A stretch of DNA of 33,639 bases from an uncultured Clostridia bacterium. GTDB lineage: Bacteria > Bacillota > Clostridia > TANB77 > CAG-508. Each line of letters begins with the position of its first letter. Positions within the stretch are counted from its first letter, which is position 1. Below the pieces are notes generated by a model. That model made no database searches and had not been told where the DNA came from. It saw only the letters and a program-made list of their open reading frames with translations. This document shows positions 1-8,565 of this stretch, piece by piece. The stretch is from the NCBI GenBank assembly GCA_947589135.1, contig CANPZT010000003.1:1-33639 (forward strand). Reading direction: 5' to 3'. The position numbers and the translations under genes were made by a program.

Positions 1-855
1 GCAGATGTTAATGTTTCTGTTAGAAAAAAAGGAGATACTAAACTTGGAACTCGTACAGAAATGAAAAATATGAATTCATTTAGAAGTATTGTAAGAGCAA
101 TTGAATATGAAGTAGATAGACAAATTGATGTAATTGAAGATGGTGGAATTATAGAACAAGAAACTCTAAGATGGGATGATGTATCAGGAAAAACTTTTTC
201 AATGAGAGATAAAGAAGATGCACAAGATTATCGTTATTTTCCAGATCCAGATTTAGTTGCAATTAAGCTTTCAGAAGAATACATCGAAAATATTAAAAAG
301 AGTTTACCTGAATTACCAGAAAGTAGAAAACAAAGATATTTAGAAGAATATAAATTATCTGAAAAAGATGCAAACTTAATTACATCTTCAAAATATTTAT
401 CTGATTTGTTTGAAGAAGCAAGCAAAGTATGTAATAATCCAAAAGCAGTTAATAACTGGATTATTTCTGATATTTCAAGAATTTTAAATGAAACAGAAAT
501 GGACCCAATAGAAATACCTTTTGATAGCAAACAACTTGGAAAATTAGTTGTTCTAATTGATAAAGGAACAATTAGTTCAAGCATTGGAAAGAAAGTCCTT
601 ACTGAACTATTTGAAAATCCTAGAGATCCAGAAGAAATTATTAAAGAAAAAGGATGGATACAAATTTCTGATGAGGGAGCAATTAAAGAAGTTGTACAAA
701 AAATATTAGAAGCAAATCCACAATCTATTGCAGATTATAAAGGTGGTAAAGATAAAGCATTAGGATTTTTAGTAGGTCAAGCTATGAAAGAAACTAAAGG
801 AAAAGCAAATCCACAAATGTTAAACAAGATGTTCTTAGAAGAGTTAAACAAATAA
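1..855 (+). CDS. gatB: Asp-tRNA(Asn)/Glu-tRNA(Gln) amidotransferase subunit B, 5'-truncated by the window edge
   Basis: Frame is open from base 1 (ADVNVSVR...GTRTEMKNMNSF). Contains the GatB motifs RDKEDAQDYRYFPDPDL and GFLVGQAMKETKGKANP. Confidence 0.97.
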   Translation, partial: ADVNVSVRKKGDTKLGTRTEMKNMNSFRSIVRAIEYEVDRQIDVIEDGGIIEQETLRWDDVSGKTFSMRDKEDAQDYRYFPDPDLVAIKLSEEYIENIKKSLPELPESRKQRYLEEYKLSEKDANLITSSKYLSDLFEEASKVCNNPKAVNNWIISDISRILNETEMDPIEIPFDSKQLGKLVVLIDKGTISSSIGKKVLTELFENPRDPEEIIKEKGWIQISDEGAIKEVVQKILEANPQSIADYKGGKDKALGFLVGQAMKETKGKANPQMLNKMFLEELNK

Positions 856-1013
856 AAAATTAGTTATCAATTATAATTATCTAATGCTACAGATATGTTA
901 TATAATAAACGAATTCAGCATTTTATAAATTTATAATTGATAACTTAATTAATGTATTTTATAAAATAACAATAACTTAAAACAATTTATTGAAATTATA
1001 TTTTATAATATTT

Positions 1014-1265
1014 TCATATAAATTGTTTTTTTATTCCTTCTACCACAAAACCACATATAATAAATTCAATGCCAAAAATCAAACTTAGTCTAAATAATGA
1101 AATTCCTATGTAATAAATAAAAGGAGACTGAAAAGCAAAGTTATATGTAAGTAAAATAAAAACGGAAACTAAACAAATAATTAAACAAAATTTCAATCCA
1201 TTATTCATTATCTTATATGTAATTTTATCAAAATTTTTATAAATTTCTATTATTTTTTTTATCAT
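1014..1265 (-). CDS. Small hypothetical membrane protein (83 aa, 2 TM)
   Basis: Start moved to the ATG at 1265, preceded by a GAGGTG SD. Two hydrophobic stretches. Confidence 0.7.
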   Translation of the reverse strand: MIKKIIEIYKNFDKITYKIMNNGLKFCLIICLVSVFILLTYNFAFQSPFIYYIGISLFRLSLIFGIEFIICGFVVEGIKKQFI

Positions 1266-1431
1266 AATACACCTCTTTATAATTAATCTATACATAATAA
1301 TCGTAACATGAAAAGCAAGTAAAGACAATGGAAATAATTGCTATATGTAACAATTAAAGATTTTCTAATTTAAATGTTAATGTTTATAATGAAAAAAGTT
1401 TATAAAATAAGTAAGTAGGAAAGAAAATATA

Positions 1432-1467
1432 AAAAAGAATATTCCAATTGATTAGAATATTCTTTTT
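1432..1467 (-). terminator. Intrinsic terminator downstream of rpsT
   Basis: Inverted repeat AAAAAGAATATTC...GAATATTCTTTTT. Confidence 0.7.
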
Positions 1468-1503
1468 GAAATAAAAACTATGCATAATCTTTATTATATG
1501 TTC

Positions 1504-1770
1504 TTAAGCTATTGCTGAATTTAATTTTTTTGATAAATTAGATTTTTTTCTAGCTGCTGTGTTTTTAACAATAACACCTTTACTACATGCTTGATCTATT
1601 TTTTTTGTAGCTTCAGCTAATAAAACTTTAGCTTCATCAATATTTCCAGCGTTTACAGCTTCTTCAAATTTTTTAACAGCTGATTTATATCCAGATTTTA
1701 TCATATTATTTCTTAAAGTTTTTTTCTCAATTACTTTAACTCTCTTTTTTGCTGATTTGATATTTGGCAT
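1504..1770 (-). CDS. rpsT: 30S ribosomal protein S20
   Basis: [12 protein letters not shown]...KNTAARKKS; GGAGGTG SD before the ATG at 1770. Confidence 0.98.
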   Translation of the reverse strand: MPNIKSAKKRVKVIEKKTLRNNMIKSGYKSAVKKFEEAVNAGNIDEAKVLLAEATKKIDQACSKGVIVKNTAARKKSNLSKKLNSAIA

Positions 1771-1814
1771 ATTAAGCACCTCCTCTTAGTCTATATTAAA
1801 CTATAACATATAAT

Positions 1815-1843
1815 ATTTTACCATATTTTAGAAAGTTTGGCAA
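1815..1843 (-). promoter_or_regulatory. Sigma-A-like promoter of rpsT
   Basis: TTGCCA-17 nt-TAAAAT with TG extended -10 on the minus strand. Confidence 0.6.
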
Positions 1844-1912
1844 TAGATTATAACAAAATTATGAAAAAACGTCATTAAAAATAAAAAAAATAAAAGTTAA
1901 ATGCAATATAAA

Positions 1913-1941
1913 TTGACTTTATAAGGAAAAAATTGTATAAT
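1913..1941 (+). promoter_or_regulatory. Sigma-A-like promoter of the vWA-rpiB-tagO unit
   Basis: TTGACT-17 nt-TATAAT. Confidence 0.7.
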
Positions 1942-1975
1942 AGATATGGTTTATATTATATAATAGGGGGGTTTT

Positions 1976-3388
1976 ATGAAGAAATTTAGTAAAAAATTTA
2001 TTTTAATTGTACTACTTAATGTTATAATATTTTTCTCTAATATTGTATTTGCTAGTACATTAACAATTGAACAAAAGAAACAAGAAGCAACACCAATTAG
2101 TATAGAAGAGGGAAACTTAAGCAAAAAAATTACAAAAGTAGATCAAGAAAACAAGGAGATAACAATACAATTAAAATTAGATATTACTAAAGATAAAACA
2201 ATTAGAGATAATACTGAAATTATATTTTTAATTGATAATTCACAAAGTATGCAAACTAAGTTAGGAGAAAATATAACTAGAAAACAAAAAGTAGTTGCAT
2301 CTACAAAAGAATTAATTAAGAAAATTAATAAAAATAATCCAAATGCAAAAATGGGAATAATATCATTTGCAGTAAAAGGAGAAAGTGTACAAACATTAAC
2401 TAATAACAGCGAAGAATTGCTTAATTCATGTGAAACATTTGGTAATTTAACATGCCAAGGTGCAACTAATATGGTAGCAGGGCTTACAGCTGCAAAAAAT
2501 TCTTTTAGTGCTACTGCAAACGATAAAGTATTAATCTTATTAACAGATGGAATACCAACAGATAATAAAAATGCAGTGTCTAAAAATTTAGTTGACCCAA
2601 ATACATATATTATAACAACTCTAGTTGGATTAGAAAGTGAAAGTGAATCTGAAAAAGCTATTATAGAGTCAATATTTGGAACAGAAGAAAATCCAGTTGC
2701 TGATAAATTTTATAATATATCAGATAAAGACATTGAAACAACGATAAGTAACAATATTTATGGAAAGATATTAAATAGTTTTCAAGGGGTAGTAACAAAT
2801 ATTGAAATTAAAGATTATTTTCCAAAAGAAATTATTGATAATTTTAATATAGTTATAAGAAACAAGACAAAAGGAGAAGCAAATAGAGATGGAAATAATA
2901 TATCTTGGAAAATAGATATGTTACAAAGTGGAGAAAATGCAGTATTAGAATATGTTTTAAAATTAAAAGATGGATATGATAAAAATATTGAAAACAAAGA
3001 TTTAAATACAAATGAAAAAGTAGAATTAAATTATAATGATATGAACAGAAAAGAAAATCAAAAGCAAATGTTAGATACACCTAAAATTCTGTTAAATGTA
3101 AAACAAAGTGAAAATAAAACAACACAAGTTAAAAATAAAAATGATAATACAAATAATAATATAAATAATAATATAAACAATAATATAAACAATAATATAA
3201 ACAATAATACAGAGAACAAATTAAATACAGATAACACTGTTTTAAAAGGTTCTGATAGTACAACAGCAAATAAGATATTAGCTAATACGGGAAAAGAAAA
3301 ATCTATTATATTACTAGTATTATTAATATTAATAGTAACTGAAACATTCTTTTTTATAGCTAATAAAAAAGCAAATATTAAGAAATAA
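1976..3388 (+). CDS. Secreted vWA-domain surface protein with a sortase-type anchor (LANTG)
   Basis: Signal peptide; MIDAS motif DNSQS and LLTDG; C-terminal LANTG, hydrophobic helix and basic tail. Confidence 0.85.
   Translation: MKKFSKKFILIVLLNVIIFFSNIVFASTLTIEQKKQEATPISIEEGNLSKKITKVDQENKEITIQLKLDITKDKTIRDNTEIIFLIDNSQSMQTKLGENITRKQKVVASTKELIKKINKNNPNAKMGIISFAVKGESVQTLTNNSEELLNSCETFGNLTCQGATNMVAGLTAAKNSFSATANDKVLILLTDGIPTDNKNAVSKNLVDPNTYIITTLVGLESESESEKAIIESIFGTEENPVADKFYNISDKDIETTISNNIYGKILNSFQGVVTNIEIKDYFPKEIIDNFNIVIRNKTKGEANRDGNNISWKIDMLQSGENAVLEYVLKLKDGYDKNIENKDLNTNEKVELNYNDMNRKENQKQMLDTPKILLNVKQSENKTTQVKNKNDNTNNNINNNINNNINNNINNNTENKLNTDNTVLKGSDSTTANKILANTGKEKSIILLVLLILIVTETFFFIANKKANIKK
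3152..3211 (+). repeat. 12-bp coding tandem repeat (NNNI) x5
   Basis: AA(T/C)AATAATATA units in the Asn-rich linker. Confidence 0.85.
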
Positions 3389-3420
3389 GAAAATAAGAAT
3401 AAAAAACGGAGGAAAAAGTT

Positions 3421-3868
3421 ATGATAGCAATTGGAAGCGATCATGGAGGATATAAATTAAAAGAAGAAATAAAAAGATATTTTAACGAAATAGATATAGA
3501 ATATAAAGATTTTGGAACAGATAGTGAAGAAAGAACAGATTACCCAATATATGCTAGGAAAGTAGCTGAATCAATACAAAAACGGAGAATGCAAATGTGG
3601 AATACTCGTATGTAGATCTGGATTTGGAATGACAATAGCAGCAAATAAATTTAAAGGAATAAGAGCAGCCTCAATTATGGATGAAGAATCAGCAAAATTT
3701 GCAAAATCTGATGATAATATTAATGTAATAACTTTAGGAGGAGATTACTTAGATATAAATAAAGCAATTTGTATTATAAGAAATTGGATATCATCAGAAT
3801 TTAAAGGCGGAAGATATCAAGAAAGACTAAAAATGATTGAAGAAATAGAAAATGAAAACATGAAATAG
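3421..3868 (+). CDS. rpiB: Ribose-5-phosphate isomerase B, split by a +1 frameshift at CGG 3583-3585 (148 aa when joined)
   Basis: IAIGSDHGG and DYP in frame 0. After skipping C3583 it reads GECKCGILVCRSGFGMTIAANKFKGIRAA...FKGGRYQER. Confidence 0.9.
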
Positions 3869-3880
3869 GAGGCACATTAT

Positions 3881-5074
3881 ATGTGGGGAGATGTAGCAAT
3901 CGCATTTTTGTTAGCATTTATTGTAACAATTATGGCAACACCATATACAATAAAAATAGCAAAAAAAATAGGAGCTGTAGATATTCCAAAAGATAAGAGA
4001 AGAATGCATAAAAAGGAAATGCCAAAATTTGGAGGTCCAGCAGTAATTTTAGGTTTTTTGATATCTACAATATATTTATTAATTGTAATGAGTATGGAAG
4101 GTACAATAAATTTATTAGGAATTATTGTTATGTCCATAATATGTATAATTGATGATATTAAAACAATAAAACCTATAACAAAATTACTTGGACAAATTCT
4201 TGCAGCGGTTATAGCAGTAAGCTTTGGAATTAGAATTGATGCTGTAACAATCCCATTTTTAAATGTACCAGAAATGAATGAAATTATATCTATTATCTTA
4301 ACAATAGGATGGATAGTAGGTGTTACTAATGCTATTAACCTAATAGATGGATTAGATGGGCTATCATCTGGAATATCTGTTATATCTGCAATATCATTAT
4401 TAATTATATTTGTTTTGAATGGTTCACCATTAATATCAATTATTTTAGTAACTGCATTAGCAGGAGCGCTAGTAGGATTTTTACCTTTTAACTTTGCACC
4501 AGCAAAAACATTTATTGGAGATACAGGTTCAAACTTTTTAGGATTTTCTTTATCAATTATTGCTATTCTAGGAATGGCAAAAACATATACTGCAGCAGTT
4601 ATTGTATTACCACTAATTGTACTAGGATTACCAATATTTGATACAATATGGGCAATTGTTAGAAGACTTATAAAAGGTAAATCAATCAAAGCAATATTTA
4701 AAGCAGATAAAGGACATCTACATCATAAAATAGTTGCTAGAGGATTTAGTCAAAAGCAAGCTGTATTAATATTATATGGAATTAGTGCTACATTTGGAAT
4801 TTTTGCTGTTATACTATTAGATAGTGGAATATGGAAAGCTTTATCATTCTTATTAATGGTAATTGTAGCATTAGGATTAGGATATAAAAATTTTCAAGGA
4901 GAAAAATCAGATACTCAAATGTATGAATGTATTGAATGCAAATATATTTATAATCCCAAATATGGAAACGAAAAAGCAGGAATTAATCCGGGCACATCAT
5001 TTGAAGATTTACCAGATAATTGGGTATGCCCAGTATGTGGAGAAGGAAAAGATATGTTTGAAATACATCAATAA
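3881..5074 (+). CDS. tagO: MraY/TagO/WecA-family undecaprenyl-phosphate GlcNAc-1-P transferase with a C-terminal rubredoxin domain
   Basis: [19 protein letters not shown] and ADKGHLHH motifs. The C-terminus [12 protein letters not shown]...[14 protein letters not shown] is a rubredoxin. Confidence 0.9.
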   Translation: MWGDVAIAFLLAFIVTIMATPYTIKIAKKIGAVDIPKDKRRMHKKEMPKFGGPAVILGFLISTIYLLIVMSMEGTINLLGIIVMSIICIIDDIKTIKPITKLLGQILAAVIAVSFGIRIDAVTIPFLNVPEMNEIISIILTIGWIVGVTNAINLIDGLDGLSSGISVISAISLLIIFVLNGSPLISIILVTALAGALVGFLPFNFAPAKTFIGDTGSNFLGFSLSIIAILGMAKTYTAAVIVLPLIVLGLPIFDTIWAIVRRLIKGKSIKAIFKADKGHLHHKIVARGFSQKQAVLILYGISATFGIFAVILLDSGIWKALSFLLMVIVALGLGYKNFQGEKSDTQMYECIECKYIYNPKYGNEKAGINPGTSFEDLPDNWVCPVCGEGKDMFEIHQ

Positions 5075-5079
5075 TCAGG

Positions 5080-5112
5080 TGACCAAGGGAAAAAAGAAAC
5101 CTTGGTCATTTT
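5080..5112 (+). terminator. Intrinsic terminator-like hairpin
   Basis: TGACCAAGG...CCTTGGTCA followed by TTTT. Confidence 0.6.
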
Positions 5113-5246
5113 CTTATTAAAATAGTGTCAAAAGGAATAGCTTCATCTGACACTATTTAAAACATTTGGATAGTTAACTTTTGTTCACAATATAGACATA
5201 ATTATAATTTATAATATATAATAAACTTATATAAGGAGAGATAAGA

Positions 5247-5924
5247 ATGATAAATAATTGTATATTAATTGTTGATGATGAACAAAGAATGAGAAAATTA
5301 ATAAGAGATTTCCTAACAGTAAAAGGATATGATATTTTAGAAGCGCAAGATGGGGAAGAAGCATTGAAGATATATGAAAAAAATAAAAATAAAATTAATT
5401 TGATATTATTAGATGTAATGATGCCAAAATTGGATGGATGGTCTGTGTTAAGACAAATAAGACAAGAATCTAAAGTTCCTATTATAATGTTAACTGCAAG
5501 AGGAGAAGAACAAGATGAACTATTTGGATTTGAGCTAGGAGTAGATGAGTATATTTCAAAGCCTTTTAGTCCTAAAATATTAGTTGCTAGAGTGCAAGCA
5601 ATTCTTAAAAGAACAAATCAAGATATACAAAATAAAAAAGAATATGGCGGAATTAAAATAGACAAAGAAGGAAGAACAGTATCAGTTGATGATAAGCAAA
5701 TAGAATTAAGTTTAAGAGAATATGAATTGCTTACATATTTAGTTGATAATGAGAATATTGCATTATCAAGAGATAAAATCTTAAGTAATGTGTGGAATTA
5801 TGATTATTATGGAGATTCAAGAACAATAGATAGTCATATAAAAAAGATAAGACATAAATTAGGAAAAAAAGGAAAATATATAAAAACAATTAGAGGTGTA
5901 GGATATAAATTTGAAACAAAATAG
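5247..5924 (+). CDS. OmpR/PhoB-family response regulator
   Basis: ILIVDDE, LLDVMMPKLDG, KPF, and a winged-helix end RTIDSHIKKIR...TIRGVGYKF. Confidence 0.95.
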   Translation: MINNCILIVDDEQRMRKLIRDFLTVKGYDILEAQDGEEALKIYEKNKNKINLILLDVMMPKLDGWSVLRQIRQESKVPIIMLTARGEEQDELFGFELGVDEYISKPFSPKILVARVQAILKRTNQDIQNKKEYGGIKIDKEGRTVSVDDKQIELSLREYELLTYLVDNENIALSRDKILSNVWNYDYYGDSRTIDSHIKKIRHKLGKKGKYIKTIRGVGYKFETK

Positions 5925-5962
5925 AAAGATTACATATACACATAAGTGTTTATAGTGATAAT

Positions 5963-6001
5963 AGGTTTATAGGTAAATCCTTTATTAAAAATCTAAATAT
6001 A
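5963..6001 (+). repeat. 39-nt intra-operon element, copy 1 (possible cis-acting RNA hairpin)
   Basis: 36/39 identical to the reverse complement of 27412-27450. Confidence 0.75.
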
Positions 6002-6023
6002 TTGTATAAGGAATAACATTGAG

Positions 6024-7520
6024 ATGAACAAGATAAAAAATGCATTTAAATCAGTAAGAATCAAATTATTTTTAACATTATCATTAGTAATATTATTAAT
6101 TATTACATTTTTAATTCTTGTAAATATTTTTGTATTTGGACAATTTTATTTATATAGCAAAACAAAATCATTGAAAGCAGTTTATGAAACAATAAATAAT
6201 TATTATAACGATTCACAAAGTGTTGATATAGAAATGGAATTAGAAAGAATAGCAATTAAAAATAATTTTGATATTTTAATAAAAAATGACCAAAATGTAA
6301 ATATATATACCTCTAATAAAGATTTCTTTTCAACGCTAGGACAAATGAATGAAATGTCTAGTAGATTTGATAATATAGGGGAAATTATAGAAGAAAATAA
6401 TAAATTTACTATAAAAAGAATGAAAGACAACAAAAATGGAATTAGTTATATTTTATTGTCAGCTACTATGGATAATGGTTATTTATTATACATTAGAATA
6501 CCAATTAACTCAATTCAAGAAAGCGTAAAAATATCAAATAACTTTTTGTACTTAATGGCAGGATTTGCAATTCTTATAGCAGCAGTTATTGTATCTTATG
6601 TAACAAGAAAATTTACGGATCCAATTTTAGAACTAAATGATATAGCCAAAAAAATGGCTAATTTAGATTTTAGCCATAGATATCAACTTACAGATGCAGA
6701 TGATGAAATAAATAATCTAGGAAAAAGCATTAATGCTATGTCAGAAAAATTAGAAAAGACAATTAAACAACTAAGAAATACAAACACAGAATTAGAGAAA
6801 GATATAGAAGAAAAGTCAAAATTAGATGAAATGAGAAAAAGTTTTATTTCTGATGTATCTCATGAATTAAAAACACCAATAGCACTAATACAAGGATATA
6901 GCGAAGGTTTATTAGAAAATGTTAATTCAGATGAAGAAAGTAGAAGGTTCTATGCAGAAGTAATCTTAGATGAAACAAATAAAATGGATAGATTAGTAAA
7001 ACAACTTTTAGAATTAATGAAATTAGAGTATGGAAAAAGGGAATTTAATGATACGAAATTTAATATTGTTGAATTAGAAAAAGAAGTAGTAAGAAAATCG
7101 AAAGTAATGTTAGAAGAAAAACAAATAGAAATTAAATTTGAAACAGAAGATGAAATCAATGTCTTGGCAGATGACTTTTATATAGAGCAAGTTATTAGTA
7201 ATTATATTACTAATGCAATTAAAAATACACAAGAAATTGATAGCCAAAAATATATTAAAATACAAAATGATATCAATATTGAAGAAAATAAAGTACGCAT
7301 CAAAGTATTTAATACAGGTAATAACATTAAAGAAGAAAACTTAGATAGAATATGGAAAAGATTTTATAAGGTAGATGAATCTAGAAATAGAAATTCAGGA
7401 GGAAGCGGTATAGGTTTATCTTTTGTAAGAGCTGTTATGAATAATTATAACAATGAGTATGGTGTAATTAATAAAGAGAATGGTGTGGAATTTTATTTTG
7501 AATTGCCAACGATTGAGTAA
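6024..7520 (+). CDS. HAMP-domain sensor histidine kinase
   Basis: Two TMs, HAMP, H-box SDVSHELKTP, N-box NYITNAIK, G-box GGSGIGLS. Confidence 0.95.
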   Translation: MNKIKNAFKSVRIKLFLTLSLVILLIITFLILVNIFVFGQFYLYSKTKSLKAVYETINNYYNDSQSVDIEMELERIAIKNNFDILIKNDQNVNIYTSNKDFFSTLGQMNEMSSRFDNIGEIIEENNKFTIKRMKDNKNGISYILLSATMDNGYLLYIRIPINSIQESVKISNNFLYLMAGFAILIAAVIVSYVTRKFTDPILELNDIAKKMANLDFSHRYQLTDADDEINNLGKSINAMSEKLEKTIKQLRNTNTELEKDIEEKSKLDEMRKSFISDVSHELKTPIALIQGYSEGLLENVNSDEESRRFYAEVILDETNKMDRLVKQLLELMKLEYGKREFNDTKFNIVELEKEVVRKSKVMLEEKQIEIKFETEDEINVLADDFYIEQVISNYITNAIKNTQEIDSQKYIKIQNDINIEENKVRIKVFNTGNNIKEENLDRIWKRFYKVDESRNRNSGGSGIGLSFVRAVMNNYNNEYGVINKENGVEFYFELPTIE

Positions 7521-7530
7521 AGGGCTCAAA

Positions 7531-7632
7531 GTTGCCAAGGGTTCCGGGGTTGTCAATGGTTCCGGGTTTAAATGGCAATTTCTATTGCCATTTAAACCCG
7601 GAACCATTGACAACCCCGGAACCCTTGACAAC
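7531..7632. repeat. GC-rich palindromic element, copy 1 (REP/MITE-like)
   Basis: 49-bp arms (7531-7579 and 7584-7632) with one mismatch; core shared with the copy at 13349-13463. Confidence 0.85.
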
Positions 7633-7839
7633 CCTTGGAAACCCCGAATTCTTGACAGCCTATTTTAAAGTTTGTCGAATTTTGCGATGAAAAATGCTTT
7701 ACAAATGGAAAAAAATGTATTATTATAATAAAAGAAATTGATTTCAATTATTAAAAATTTTATTCTTTTTTATTTTTTCGAAAAAATATAGTCTTATTTA
7801 TCCCATAAATAATAAGAACAATATATAAAAGGAGATGAT

Positions 7840-8484
7840 ATATGTATATATAAATATAAATTTAGATTTAGTGCAATCTATATAAATATTGTTAGTCTTT
7901 TTATATCAATTTGTATTTTTTTTCTAATTAACCAAATTCATTCAAATTTAGATTTATTCACACATAAAGCATCATTAAAAGCAGGATTTTCAATAAGTAA
8001 TCAAAATACAGAAACAACCCCAAAAAATAATTTAAATCAAAACAATTTAAATCAAAATATTTTAAATCAAGATTTAACGCAAGTGAAAAATGCAGAAGAA
8101 AATAAAACTAACTGGTATATAGAAATACCAAGTATAAACTTAAAAGCAGAAATTGCTGAAGGAACAACAAAAGAAGTAATGGACAAATATATAGGACATT
8201 TTGAAGAAACACAAAAAACGTATGGTAATGTTGGGCTAGCAGCACATAATAGAGGTTATGAAAAAAATTATTTTGCAGATCTAAAAAAACTGAAAGAAGG
8301 AGATAAGATTATTTATCGATATGAAAACTTTATAAAAGAATATAGTGTTACAAAACATTATATTATCAAAGATACAGATTGGACTAATTTAGAAAATACA
8401 AAAGAAAATAGAATTACATTAATAACATGTGTAGAAAATCAAAAAGAATACAGAAGATGCATTCAAGGAGAAGAGGACAAATGA
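7840..8484 (+). CDS. Sortase (class D-like); start uncertain
   Basis: Catalytic H/C/R in GNVGLAAHNRG, ITLITC and YRR. The frame stays open upstream of 8083 through a hydrophobic anchor (IYINIVSLFISICIFFLI) but has no in-frame ATG there. Confidence 0.85.
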   Translation: MCIYKYKFRFSAIYINIVSLFISICIFFLINQIHSNLDLFTHKASLKAGFSISNQNTETTPKNNLNQNNLNQNILNQDLTQVKNAEENKTNWYIEIPSINLKAEIAEGTTKEVMDKYIGHFEETQKTYGNVGLAAHNRGYEKNYFADLKKLKEGDKIIYRYENFIKEYSVTKHYIIKDTDWTNLENTKENRITLITCVENQKEYRRCIQGEEDK

Positions 8485-8565
8485 GAATATAAGGATAGCA
8501 AATATCAATAAAATAAGTAATAGAAAACAAATAAAAATTTACATATAAAAGAAGGGAGAAACAAT

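Noticed and set aside
7531-7650. Palindrome subrepeats as a CRISPR array
   Set aside because: No constant repeat separated by unique spacers, and no cas genes.
7416-7668. ORFs 7416..7631 (-) and 7480..7668 (+)
   Set aside because: By-products of the GC-rich palindrome, with no SD and no protein-like features.
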